Origin: an uncultured Clostridia bacterium
GTDB lineage: Bacteria > Bacillota > Clostridia > Oscillospirales > CAG-272
Assembly (NCBI GenBank): GCA_937892405.1
Contig: CALAFS010000159.1
Location: 1 to 33,533 of the forward strand
Length of the DNA: 33,533 nucleotides
Direction: 5' to 3'
The translations under genes were made by a program, and so were the position numbers. The notes below the pieces were generated by a model, which was not told the origin of the DNA, made no database searches, and was given only the letters and a program-made list of their open reading frames with translations. Below, in pieces: positions 16,761 to 25,377 of the stretch (the stretch's first letter is position 1; every line of letters begins with the position of its first letter).

Positions 16761-18605
16761 ATGAAGCGTACGGATTTGAGAAACATTGCCATCATCGCCC
16801 ATGTCGACCACGGTAAGACCACACTGGTGGACGAGATGCTTCGTCAGGGCGGTATTTACCGCGAGAATCAGGAGATGGAAGAGCGGGTCATGGACTCGAA
16901 CGATCTCGAGCGTGAGCGCGGCATTACCATTCTCGCGAAGAATACCGCGATTCACTATAAGGGCGTGAAGATCAATGTCGTCGACACCCCGGGACATGCC
17001 GACTTCGGCGGCGAGGTGGAGCGTATTCTGAAGATGGTGAACGGCGTTATCCTGCTCGTGGACGCGGCGGAGGGACCCATGCCCCAGACGCGTTTCGTTC
17101 TGGAGAAGGCGCTGGCACTCAACCATCGCGTCATCGTCGTCGTGAACAAGATCGACCGTCCCGACGCGCGCCTTGACGAGATCGGCGACGAGGTACTCGA
17201 GCTGCTCCTCGAGCTGAATGCGACGAACGAACAGCTTGACTCCCCGATGCTCTTCTGCTCGGGCAGAGCGGGCACGGCGTCCTTCGACCCCCATCAGCCG
17301 GGCAAGGATCTGACCCCCCTCCTCGACACCATTCTCGAATATATGCCCGCCCCCGAGGGCGATGAGGAAGGACCTCTTCAGCTGCTTGTCTCCTCCATTG
17401 ACTATAACGATTTCGTCGGACGCATCGGCATCGGACGGATCGAGCGCGGTGCCCTGAAGCAGGGACAGAATGTCGCGATCTGCAACTATCACGACCCCGC
17501 GAAGTCCCACCCCGGCAAGATCGTCTCGATCTACCAGTTCGACGGACTGAAGCGTGTGCAGGTTCCCGAGGCGACCGTCGGCGACATCGTCTGCTTCTCG
17601 GGTTGCGAGGACATCACCATCGGTGACACCCTCTGCTCTCCCGCGAAGGTCGAGCCGCTCGAATTCGTCAAGGTCGGTGAGCCGACGATGGAGATGACCA
17701 TCTCGGTCAACGATTCTCCCTTTGCGGGCAAGGAGGGCAAGTTCGTCACTTCCCGTCACCTGCGCGCAAGGCTGTATAAAGAGCTTCTGAAGGATGTGTC
17801 CCTCCGCGTCAGCGACGGCGACACGACCGACAGCTTCAAGGTCGCGGGCAGAGGAGAGATGCACCTTTCCATTCTGATTGAAACCATGCGCCGCGAAGGC
17901 TACGAGCTCTGCTGCTCCAACCCGCGCGTGCTCTATCATGAGATCGACGGCGTGAAGTGCGAGCCGATCGAAGATGTCATCATTGATGTCCCCGAGGAAT
18001 ATGTCGGCTCCGTTATGGAAAAGCTCGGCGCGAGAAAAGGTACTCTCGTCGATATGCAGCTCCACGGCAAGCGGCAGAAACTCTTCTATAATATCCCGAC
18101 GAGATGCCTTTTCGGCTACCGCAGTGAACTTCTGACCGATACCCGCGGCGAAGGTCTGATTTCCACGATCTTCGCGGGCTATGAGCCCTTCCGCGGCGAG
18201 ATCAAGACCCGCTTCACCTCCTCGCTTGTCGCGTCCGAGACGGGCATCGCCACGACCTACGGACTCTACCAGTCGCAGGACAGAGGACCTCTCTTCATCG
18301 GACCCGCGACCCCGGTCTATGCCGGTATGATCGTCGGCGAGAACCCGAAGCCCGACGACATCGAGGTCAATGTCTGCAAGGAAAAGCATCTGACCGCCGT
18401 CCGTTCTTCCGGCGCGGACGAAAAGCTGACGCTTATCACCCCGATTCAGCTCTCGCTCGAAGAGGCGATCGAGTTCATCGCGGACGACGAGCTGATCGAA
18501 GTCACGCCGAAGAGCATCCGCCTGCGTAAGTCGATTCTCGACCTCGCGACGAGAAAGCGCCTTCAGGCGCAGAAGCGCGCCGCTCTGAAAGAGCAGGGAA
18601 AATAA
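16761..18605 (+). CDS. typA: translational GTPase TypA/BipA
   Basis: ATG 16761 follows GGAG. IRNIAIIAHVDHGKTTLVD, DTPGHADFGGEVER and NKIDR are G motifs. The length and C-terminal domain match BipA (..LRKSILD..). Confidence 0.95.
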   Translation: MKRTDLRNIAIIAHVDHGKTTLVDEMLRQGGIYRENQEMEERVMDSNDLERERGITILAKNTAIHYKGVKINVVDTPGHADFGGEVERILKMVNGVILLVDAAEGPMPQTRFVLEKALALNHRVIVVVNKIDRPDARLDEIGDEVLELLLELNATNEQLDSPMLFCSGRAGTASFDPHQPGKDLTPLLDTILEYMPAPEGDEEGPLQLLVSSIDYNDFVGRIGIGRIERGALKQGQNVAICNYHDPAKSHPGKIVSIYQFDGLKRVQVPEATVGDIVCFSGCEDITIGDTLCSPAKVEPLEFVKVGEPTMEMTISVNDSPFAGKEGKFVTSRHLRARLYKELLKDVSLRVSDGDTTDSFKVAGRGEMHLSILIETMRREGYELCCSNPRVLYHEIDGVKCEPIEDVIIDVPEEYVGSVMEKLGARKGTLVDMQLHGKRQKLFYNIPTRCLFGYRSELLTDTRGEGLISTIFAGYEPFRGEIKTRFTSSLVASETGIATTYGLYQSQDRGPLFIGPATPVYAGMIVGENPKPDDIEVNVCKEKHLTAVRSSGADEKLTLITPIQLSLEEAIEFIADDELIEVTPKSIRLRKSILDLATRKRLQAQKRAALKEQGK

Positions 18606-18615
18606 AAATTTCCTC

Positions 18616-18644
18616 TTGACAAAAGGGAAGAGTGCGCATATAAT
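18616..18644 (+). promoter_or_regulatory. consensus promoter of the ribU leader
   Basis: TTGACA (18616-18621), 17 nt, TATAAT (18639-18644). Confidence 0.75.
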
Positions 18645-18663
18645 AAAGAATGAAATAACAATT

Positions 18664-18864
18664 GACGGTTTCTTTGGGGATTGGTGAGATTCCATACCGG
18701 CAGTAAAGTCTGCGAGGCGAAAGCCTGACGGGGTGCAATTCCCCGACCGACGGTAAAGTCCGGAAGAGAAAAGAAACGGCGTCCGCTCCGCGTATATTCG
18801 CGGGGCGACACCTCCTTTTGTAAAATCCCCGCAGAACTCCACGGAGCTTTGCGGGGATTTTTCT
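18664..18864 (+). ncRNA. FMN riboswitch (RFN element) with a terminator expression platform
   Basis: Conserved RFN blocks are GGTGAGATTCCATACCGGCAGT and GGTGCAATTCCCCGACCGACGGTAAAGTCCGGAAGAGAA. A P1-like GTTTCTT/AAGAAAC closing stem is present. A 12-bp terminator stem AAAATCCCCGCA/TGCGGGGATTTT (18822-18861) is followed by a T-run. GCGGGG at 18800-18805 can alternatively pair with CCCCGC of the terminator. Confidence 0.85.
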
Positions 18865-18890
18865 CGGAAACCGCTCGGAAAAGAGGGGTT

Positions 18891-19583
18891 ATGAAAACTT
18901 CAACCGGTAAAAACAAAAACAGAAAGATGACCGAGACCGCCGTCGGGATCGCCATGTTCGCGGCGCTCGCCTACGGCGTGACTCTTGTTTTCCCGATTCC
19001 CGTGTCCTTTCTGACCTTCGACGCAAAGGACGCGGTCATCACCGTCGCCTCCTTTGTCTACGGTCCGCTCGCGGGAGTCATCATGTCGCTGCTTACCGCC
19101 CTGCTCGAGCTTTTTACGGTCAGCGGTACGGGTCTTTACGGTTTCATTATGAACTTTGTTTCTTCGGCGGTCTTCGCCGCCACGGCGTCGGGAATTTATA
19201 AACTGTGGCGTAATCCGCGCGGTGCGGTGCTCGGACCCGTCCTCGCCGTCTTCACCATGACGGGCATTATGCTACCCATGAATATTTGGATTACGCCTGT
19301 TTACATGACGACTTTAACGGGCTCAACGGTAACGCAGGCGGAAGTCATCGCCATGATTCCGACACTTCTCTTTCCCTTCAATCTCGCGAAGGGACTTCTG
19401 AACGCCGCCCTCGCCATGCTCCTTTATAAGCCGCTGTCGGTTGCCCTATCCCGTGCGGGATTTGTCGGACGCGGAGAAGAGAAGAAGTCCTTCTCGTGGA
19501 ACCGCACGACCCTCTTCATCTCCCTCGCCGCCCTTCTCATGATCGCCGTCGCCGTCACCCTCTTCGTTCTCTTGAATAAGTAA
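18891..19583 (+). CDS. ribU: riboflavin ECF transporter S component
   Basis: ATG 18891 follows AAGAGGGG. It has six predicted TM helices. LTFDAKDAVITVASFVYGPLAGV parallels the B. subtilis RibU/YpaA core. It lies directly behind the FMN riboswitch. Confidence 0.8.
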   Translation: MKTSTGKNKNRKMTETAVGIAMFAALAYGVTLVFPIPVSFLTFDAKDAVITVASFVYGPLAGVIMSLLTALLELFTVSGTGLYGFIMNFVSSAVFAATASGIYKLWRNPRGAVLGPVLAVFTMTGIMLPMNIWITPVYMTTLTGSTVTQAEVIAMIPTLLFPFNLAKGLLNAALAMLLYKPLSVALSRAGFVGRGEEKKSFSWNRTTLFISLAALLMIAVAVTLFVLLNK

Positions 19584-19611
19584 AAATGCGGATTCTTCAC
19601 ACTCCGTAAAC

Positions 19612-19644
19612 AAAAAGCCTTCTCCCGCAGGAGAAGGCTTTTTT
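19612..19644. terminator. bidirectional intrinsic terminator between ribU and the RNHCP gene
   Basis: A perfect 14-bp stem AAAAAGCCTTCTCC/GGAGAAGGCTTTTT with loop CGCA. Confidence 0.85.
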
Positions 19645-19697
19645 ATCTGCGAAGGATCGTTCCTCCTCAAAAATTCTTCATTCTTCCTTCTGAATTC

Positions 19698-20042
19698 TTA
19701 ATTTCCCATTCGCCCCGCGTCTCCCGCTGTCAGGCGAATGAGAAGGGACATGTCGTCGGGCTGTACCTTCGCTTCGTGCGCCGCACGGTTGCGGACAATC
19801 GCACCGCACTTGTCACAGCGCTGAATCACGATAAATCCTTTTTTCGGGTCGGGCGCGGCACTGATCGGACGGAGTACCCCGTGACAGGGGTTCGCCCTGT
19901 CCCCGGGGAGAATGTCCACATGCAGGGAGCAAAGGCAGAACGGGCAGTGATTGCGTGAGGTGTACCCGAGGGGTAAAACCTCCCGCCCGCAGTTCACACA
20001 GATGAACCCGTCGTCCTTTTTTTGAAATCGTTTGGTTTCCAT
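19698..20042 (-). CDS. RNHCP-domain zinc-ribbon protein of unknown function
   Basis: It contains the literal RNHCPFC motif plus CVNCG and CDKCG cysteine pairs. ATG 20042 has an AGAGGAAG RBS. The longer track ORF starts at a GTG (20081) without an RBS and overlaps mnmE. Confidence 0.65.
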   Translation of the reverse strand: METKRFQKKDDGFICVNCGREVLPLGYTSRNHCPFCLCSLHVDILPGDRANPCHGVLRPISAAPDPKKGFIVIQRCDKCGAIVRNRAAHEAKVQPDDMSLLIRLTAGDAGRMGN

Positions 20043-20067
20043 AACTTCCTCTTTTGTGAAGTTTTCT

Positions 20068-21450
20068 TTACTTTCCGACACAAAATCTCGAGAAAATGTC
20101 CTGTACTACCGCCTCGGTAACATTCTTTCCCGTCAGCTCGGAAAGGTAGGAGAGCGCCACCTCGACATCGGAGGATGCCGCGTCGGACGGTACGCCTGCC
20201 TCATATGCCGCGAGCGAGAGGGCGAGGTGCTTTCCCACTTCGGCGAGTGTCGTATACTGTCTTGCCGAGAAGAGGACGGGATCCTCCGAGAGATTCAGCG
20301 CCCCGTCGGTGAAGAGGCGATCCACCACCGCCGTGAGGCGCTCGAGATCTCCCGCCTTACAAGAGAAGGGGATCACTTCGGAGAAGCGGTCGGAGAGCGC
20401 CGACGGCTCCCATGCACTGCCGAGGTCGCTCTTGTTCGCGAGTACGATGACGGCGGCTCCCGACGCGAGCGCCGCGTCGGCGAGTGCTCTGTCCTCTTCG
20501 TCGAGAGGACGGGAAGCGTCAAAGAGTAAGAAGATCAGATCCGCCCCCGCGATCTTTTCCTTTGAGCGGCAGACACCGATATGCTCTACCGGGTCGTCCG
20601 TCTCGCGGATCCCCGCCGTGTCATAGAGGCGGAGCAGAACCCGCCCGAGCGGTACCGTGCGTTCGAGCACATCGCGGGTCGTACCGGGAATGTCGGTGAC
20701 GATCGCGGCATCTTCGCCGAGGAGAAGGTTATAAAGCGAGCTTTTCCCGACATTCGGCTTTCCCGCGATGACGGCGGAAATGCCCTCGGTGACCGCCCGC
20801 CCGGTCTTGTAGGTCGCGAGCAGGGAATTCACACGAGAGAGAATCCCGCGTAACTTCTCCGCCGTCTCTTCGTCTGAGAATTCTCCGAGATCCTCCTCCG
20901 GATAATCAATGCGTGCAAAGATCGAGGAGAGCAGATGCGTCAGCTCTTCTTCGATCCCGAGCAGAGCCGAGGAGAGATGCCCGCGTGCCCCCCGTTCGGT
21001 CAGGGTGAGCTGCGCGTGGCTCTTCGCATCGAGGAGCAGTCCGATCGCCTCCGCCTCGGTCAGCGAAAGTTTTCCGTTCAGAAAGGCGCGGCGGGTGAAC
21101 TCTCCCGCGGGCGCGGGCACCGCCCCCGCGGCGAGAAATGCCTCGAGAACCGTGCGTGTGAGAAGGACGCCGCCGTGACAGGTGATCTCCACCGTGTCCT
21201 CGCCGGTGTAGGAGTGCGGCGCCACGAAGCGGGTCGCCATGCCGTCGTCGATCGGCTCCCCGTCCCGCAGGATTCTTCCGTAGACCTGCATTCTCGGGGG
21301 ACATTCCGACAGCGGCTTATGATTCATAGGAAAGAAAACGCGGTCGGCAATCCCGAACGCTCCCTCGCCCGACAGGCGAAGAAGAGCGACCCCGCCCTTT
21401 CCGGGCGGGGTCGAGATTGCGATGACCGCGCGGTGGGGGTCATTCCTCAT
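20068..21450 (-). CDS. mnmE: tRNA uridine-5-carboxymethylaminomethyl modification GTPase MnmE
   Basis: N-terminal IAISTPPGKGGVALLRLSG, G domain GKPNVGKSSL..DTAGIRET..NKSDL, and a C-terminal CVGK tetrapeptide (C(I/L/V)GK signature). Confidence 0.95.
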   Translation of the reverse strand: MRNDPHRAVIAISTPPGKGGVALLRLSGEGAFGIADRVFFPMNHKPLSECPPRMQVYGRILRDGEPIDDGMATRFVAPHSYTGEDTVEITCHGGVLLTRTVLEAFLAAGAVPAPAGEFTRRAFLNGKLSLTEAEAIGLLLDAKSHAQLTLTERGARGHLSSALLGIEEELTHLLSSIFARIDYPEEDLGEFSDEETAEKLRGILSRVNSLLATYKTGRAVTEGISAVIAGKPNVGKSSLYNLLLGEDAAIVTDIPGTTRDVLERTVPLGRVLLRLYDTAGIRETDDPVEHIGVCRSKEKIAGADLIFLLFDASRPLDEEDRALADAALASGAAVIVLANKSDLGSAWEPSALSDRFSEVIPFSCKAGDLERLTAVVDRLFTDGALNLSEDPVLFSARQYTTLAEVGKHLALSLAAYEAGVPSDAASSDVEVALSYLSELTGKNVTEAVVQDIFSRFCVGK

Positions 21451-22579
21451 CGTTCTTTACGGGTTCCTCTTCGGTCTCGCCAGCGGCGGGCACTGCCTCG
21501 TCCGAAAGCTCGGGGGAGAGGGTGACGGTGTCGACACCCACCACGACGGCAGGCTCGTTCACAGCTTCCTCGGGGGTCTCGGCGACACGGAAGGGTGCCT
21601 TGACACGGGGCTTCAGCTCACCTGTCAGATCGTCCTCGTCCCGCTTGAATTCAGTGGCAAGGGGCGTGACTTCCTTCGGCTCTTCCTCGTCGAAGAGTCC
21701 CTTCGGCTTTCTGTCGGTCAGGTAAATGACAATCTTGCGGTTGTTGTCCGAACCGATCGAGTTTGTCGATACCCCTTCGATGCCCTGCACCTCGGAGTGA
21801 ATGATGCGTCTTTCATAGGGGGTCATCGGCTCGAGCATGACACTGCGCTTGTTGCGGAGTGCCTTCGCCGCCATGCGGCGGGCAAGGGCGCGGAGCGCCT
21901 CTTCTCTCTTGGCACGGTAACCTTCGATATCGAGAGTCACGCGGCTCTTGATCTTCTCGCCGTTGACATTCTTCTGTGCGGAGGCGAGGTTGGCAAGGTA
22001 CTGGACAGCGTCCAGCGTGTCGCCGTGGTGACCGATCAGGGCAGAGGCGTCCTCGCCCGTGACCGTGATACGGCGGGTGCCGTCGTCGCAGGAGTAAAGC
22101 TCTGCGGTGGCGTCCAGTCCGAGATTGGTGAGCAGGGTCTTGACGAATTCAAAGGACAGATCTTCTCCTTCGGCAACCTCCAGCTTTTCAAACTTGAGAT
22201 CGGTCTCGGGAATGACGGCGCTCTTCGGCTTCTCCGCCTTCGGAGCGGTATCGGTCTTTGCACGCTCGGGCTTCTGCCCTGCGGGCTTTCTTTCCCCTTC
22301 GGGACGGCGGGGTCTCTCGGGACGCTCGGGTCTTTCGGCACGGGCGGGGCGCTCGGCGCGCTCTTTTCTGTCGCGGCGCTTCGGCTCTTCTCTGTCGGGG
22401 ACTTCCATCGACGCCTTGACCTGCGCCTGTTTTACACCGATAATGCCGAAGATACCGCGGCTGCCGGCATGGAGAACTTCAAATGTGACATCGTCGAGAG
22501 GACCTGCGCCGAGCGCGGCTCTCGCATTTTCTTTCGCCTCGGATACATCTTTACCGAAGGCGGTGATTTCCTTTATCAT
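21440..22579 (-). CDS. jag: Jag/KhpB RNA-binding protein (Jag_N, KH, R3H) with an expanded charged linker and an acidic C-terminal tail
   Basis: Jag_N lies at the N-terminus (MIKEITAFGKDVSEAKENA..). The R3H region is EPMTPYERRIIHSEVQ. A roughly 70-aa R/E/P/K-rich linker and a roughly 100-aa D/E-rich tail are present. It overlaps the mnmE start by 11 nt. Confidence 0.85.
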   Translation of the reverse strand: MIKEITAFGKDVSEAKENARAALGAGPLDDVTFEVLHAGSRGIFGIIGVKQAQVKASMEVPDREEPKRRDRKERAERPARAERPERPERPRRPEGERKPAGQKPERAKTDTAPKAEKPKSAVIPETDLKFEKLEVAEGEDLSFEFVKTLLTNLGLDATAELYSCDDGTRRITVTGEDASALIGHHGDTLDAVQYLANLASAQKNVNGEKIKSRVTLDIEGYRAKREEALRALARRMAAKALRNKRSVMLEPMTPYERRIIHSEVQGIEGVSTNSIGSDNNRKIVIYLTDRKPKGLFDEEEPKEVTPLATEFKRDEDDLTGELKPRVKAPFRVAETPEEAVNEPAVVVGVDTVTLSPELSDEAVPAAGETEEEPVKNDEE

Positions 22580-22612
22580 AATAGTGATTGCCTTTCCGTA
22601 ATTTACTCTGAA

Positions 22613-23668
22613 TTACTTTTTGTTTCTGTCGTCTTTGAGGTCGGAGGTTTCGAGCCCGCCCGAGGTTTTCTTCGTTTCGTTTGTTTTCTTGGCTTCGGGG
22701 AGGTCGTCATAGTCATCGTCGTCGATATAGTGGAGCGACTTGACCTTCGGCTGTGTCTGCATCGCGGCTTTCTGCGCGGCGGCACGCTCTCTTTCCATCT
22801 TTGCCATCTCTTTCAGCTCTTCGTCGGTGTAGGTCGGAAGAGGCATTGCCTTCGAGAGGATGAACTGCTGAAGGATCGAGATGATGGACTGATAAATCCA
22901 GTAAAGACCGAGCATGCCCGAGAAGTTGAACGCGAAGAAGAGGGTCATCAGCGGGAAGACAAGGTCCATCATACGCATGGAGACCTGCGACTGTGCGTCG
23001 GCACCCGGCATCTGCGCGGTTCCGTTCATCTTCTTCATGAGGAACATCGAGAGCCACTGGAACGCGGCGGCGAGCACGGGGATCAGAATCAGAATCGAGA
23101 AATTCTGGAAGCTCGGGGTCGCGGCGAGATTGACGCCGAAGAGATTGAAGTTCGGGATCAGGGAGACATCGAGTCCGGTCGCCGCTACGGCGTCGGCACC
23201 GTTCTTCGCAATATAGCCGTTGATGGCATCGACCAGTGCGATCTCATCGGAGCCCGTGTATTCGACGAGCGTCTTGAGCGAGGTGATGACATCGGAGCTT
23301 GCCTTGCAGATATAGGTCAGGGGACTGCGGATAACATTGTAAAGAAAAATAATGATCGGGAACTGAATGAGCATGGGCAGACAGCCGGAAAGCATGCTGT
23401 AACCTTCCTTCTGCTGAAGCTCCATGATTTCCTGCTGTTTTTTCTGCAGGGTGACTCTGTCGGTCCGACCGGCATATTTTTTTTCGATTTTAGCGATTTT
23501 CGGGCGAAGCTTCGCCATGAGAATCTGATTTTTCTGCGTCTTGATACCAAAAGGCAGGAAAATCACTTTGAAGAGGAGCGCGAAGAGCAAGAGCGCGAGC
23601 GCGTAGCTGCCCGTCACACTGTTGAACCATGAGAGGATGGTTCCGAAGAAACTGTAAATATAACTCAT
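22613..23668 (-). CDS. yidC: membrane protein insertase YidC/SpoIIIJ family
   Basis: The 60-kDa inner-membrane-protein core is present ([31 protein letters not shown]). It has a basic/acidic C-terminal tail. ATGA overlap with yidD. Confidence 0.9.
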   Translation of the reverse strand: MSYIYSFFGTILSWFNSVTGSYALALLLFALLFKVIFLPFGIKTQKNQILMAKLRPKIAKIEKKYAGRTDRVTLQKKQQEIMELQQKEGYSMLSGCLPMLIQFPIIIFLYNVIRSPLTYICKASSDVITSLKTLVEYTGSDEIALVDAINGYIAKNGADAVAATGLDVSLIPNFNLFGVNLAATPSFQNFSILILIPVLAAAFQWLSMFLMKKMNGTAQMPGADAQSQVSMRMMDLVFPLMTLFFAFNFSGMLGLYWIYQSIISILQQFILSKAMPLPTYTDEELKEMAKMERERAAAQKAAMQTQPKVKSLHYIDDDDYDDLPEAKKTNETKKTSGGLETSDLKDDRNKK

Positions 23669-23967
23669 TCGTTTGTTTCCTTTTCTGATACTTCGGGAGA
23701 AGGGGAATCGGTGTGCTCGTCCTCTTTATTCCTGTTTTTCGGATTTCGGAAGCCGTGCTCGGGCACCGGGTCGTAGCCGCCTTTGCAAAAGGGGTTACAG
23801 CGGAGGATCCGCCACACGGTCAGGAGAAGTCCCATAAAAAAGCCTCGTTTTTCAAACGCCTCGATGGCGTAGGCAGAACAGGTCGGCGTGAACCTGCAAC
23901 AGGACGGTTTGTAAGGGGAGATGAATTTCTGATACCATCGGACGATGGCGATCATCACGCGTTTCAT
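23665..23967 (-). CDS. yidD: membrane protein insertion efficiency factor YidD
   Basis: [40 protein letters not shown] is the YidD signature. It carries an extra charged tail of about 30 aa. Confidence 0.9.
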   Translation of the reverse strand: MKRVMIAIVRWYQKFISPYKPSCCRFTPTCSAYAIEAFEKRGFFMGLLLTVWRILRCNPFCKGGYDPVPEHGFRNPKNRNKEDEHTDSPSPEVSEKETNE

Positions 23968-24338
23968 TTGAACATACCGAGTTTTTCAAAAGCGACTTCC
24001 AACTCACGGCGGATCTCGGTGCTCTTTTTCGGCAGGGCGGCGGCGCGCGCCGCAATGACGATGAGAAATCCGGTCTTCATCGGACGCTCTTTCATGAGCG
24101 TGCGCAGTCCTTCGCGCAGAATTCTGCGGGTGCGGGAGCGGACGACGGCGCCTCCGAGCTTTTTGGAGACGGTCAGACCGATGCGGTTCACCGTTTGCTT
24201 TGCAGGATGTGCTTTTGCGAGTCGTTTCGCGGCATAGTCCGGAAGGAGATAGACCGCGACGGAGGGCATGACTGCCCGTTTGCCTTTGGCATACGCTTTC
24301 TGATACAGATGGTTTTCCCGGATGGCTCTGAATTTCAT
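23964..24338 (-). CDS. rnpA: ribonuclease P protein component
   Basis: A basic 124-aa protein sitting between rpmH and yidD. It has an RNR-like motif region ([12 protein letters not shown]). Confidence 0.9.
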   Translation of the reverse strand: MKFRAIRENHLYQKAYAKGKRAVMPSVAVYLLPDYAAKRLAKAHPAKQTVNRIGLTVSKKLGGAVVRSRTRRILREGLRTLMKERPMKTGFLIVIAARAAALPKKSTEIRRELEVAFEKLGMFK

Positions 24339-24493
24339 ACTGCGACCTCTCCCGCCAGCGGCGGGGACTTTTTTTTTTTTGGTCTTCGGGCGCCTCGGCA
24401 GAGCGGGCTTCGGGGACTTTAAAAAAAACCCCCTAAAAGGACCCTGCGGTGCAGTCCCGGTTTATCGGAGGTTTTGTAGGTCACGCTTCGTGA

Positions 24494-24628
24494 TCAATAG
24501 GTCAGACGAACTCTTCCTTTGGCGCGTCTTCTCTTCAGAACTTTTCTGCCGTTCGCGGTTGCCATTCTTTTTCTGAAACCGTGTTCCTTGTTTCTCTGTC
24601 TCTTCTTGGGCTGATAGGTTCTCTTCAT
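24494..24628 (-). CDS. rpmH: 50S ribosomal protein L34 (44 aa; below the ORF-track length cut-off)
   Basis: Hand translation of the minus strand gives [44 protein letters not shown] with stop TGA. RBS AAAGGAGG is present. This is the canonical L34 sequence. Confidence 0.95.
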   Translation of the reverse strand: MKRTYQPKKRQRNKEHGFRKRMATANGRKVLKRRRAKGRVRLTY

Positions 24629-24686
24629 GTTTCGGCACCTCCTTTACAATGAACATAAGTTGCGTATTTGCACAAAAGCAAGGATT

Positions 24687-24715
24687 ATTATATCTTATTT
24701 TTTTCTCTTTGTCAA
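24687..24715 (-). promoter_or_regulatory. consensus promoter of the rpmH operon
   Basis: Minus strand: TTGACA (24715-24710), 17 nt, TATAAT (24692-24687). Confidence 0.75.
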
Positions 24716-24764
24716 GAGATTTTTCAAATTTCTTTCTTTTCGACGAGAAAAGCGCCCGCCCGTA

Positions 24765-24793
24765 TTGACTTTTTCCGCCGTTTCTGCTAAAAT
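24765..24793 (+). promoter_or_regulatory. promoter of the hpt-mtaB-glyQS unit
   Basis: TTGACT (24765-24770), 17 nt, TAAAAT (24788-24793) with a TGn extended -10. Confidence 0.6.
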
Positions 24794-24824
24794 AACGGTA
24801 TCAAAAAACGCAAAAGGACAAACC

Positions 24825-25376
24825 ATGAATCAGGATATTGAAAAAATCATGATTTCCGCCGAGGAGCTGGACAAGATCACCACCCGCCTCGCCGCCGAGA
24901 TTGATCGCGATTACCGCGACAGTGACAAACGACTTCTGATGGTCTGTATTCTGAAAGGCTCACTCGTCTTTATGGGCGACCTGATGAAGAAGCTGACGAT
25001 CCCCGTCGAGATCGACTGCATGAAGGTTTCGTCATACGGGAGCGGCACGGTGTCGAGCGGTTCCATTCATATTTATCTCGATCTGATCCGCGAGGATCTG
25101 CCCGAGTGCGATATTCTCATCATCGAGGACATCATCGACAGCGGCTGCACGCTGAGCTATCTGACCGAGTATCTGCGTCTCAAGGGCGCGCACAGCGTGC
25201 GCACCTGCACCCTGCTCGATAAGCCTTCGCGCAGGAAGGTCGAGTACACCCCTGACTATGTCGGCGTCGAGATCCCCGACGAGTTCGTCGTCGGCTACGG
25301 ACTGGACTATGCCGAGCGCTACCGCGCCCTTCCTTATATCGGGATTCTGAAGCCCGAAGTGTATACCGAAGCATAA
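24825..25376 (+). CDS. hpt: hypoxanthine phosphoribosyltransferase
   Basis: Start at MNQDIEK. ILIIEDIIDSGCTLSYL is the PRPP loop, and VVGYGLDYAERYRALPYIGILKP is colinear with B. subtilis HprT. Confidence 0.9.
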   Translation: MNQDIEKIMISAEELDKITTRLAAEIDRDYRDSDKRLLMVCILKGSLVFMGDLMKKLTIPVEIDCMKVSSYGSGTVSSGSIHIYLDLIREDLPECDILIIEDIIDSGCTLSYLTEYLRLKGAHSVRTCTLLDKPSRRKVEYTPDYVGVEIPDEFVVGYGLDYAERYRALPYIGILKPEVYTEA

Positions 25377-25377
25377 G

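Noticed and set aside
24629-24824. Possible oriC in the AT-rich divergent region upstream of rpmH
   Set aside because: No TTATCCACA/TGTGGATAA-like DnaA boxes were visible on either strand. dnaA is not adjacent, and the region is fully explained by two back-to-back promoters.
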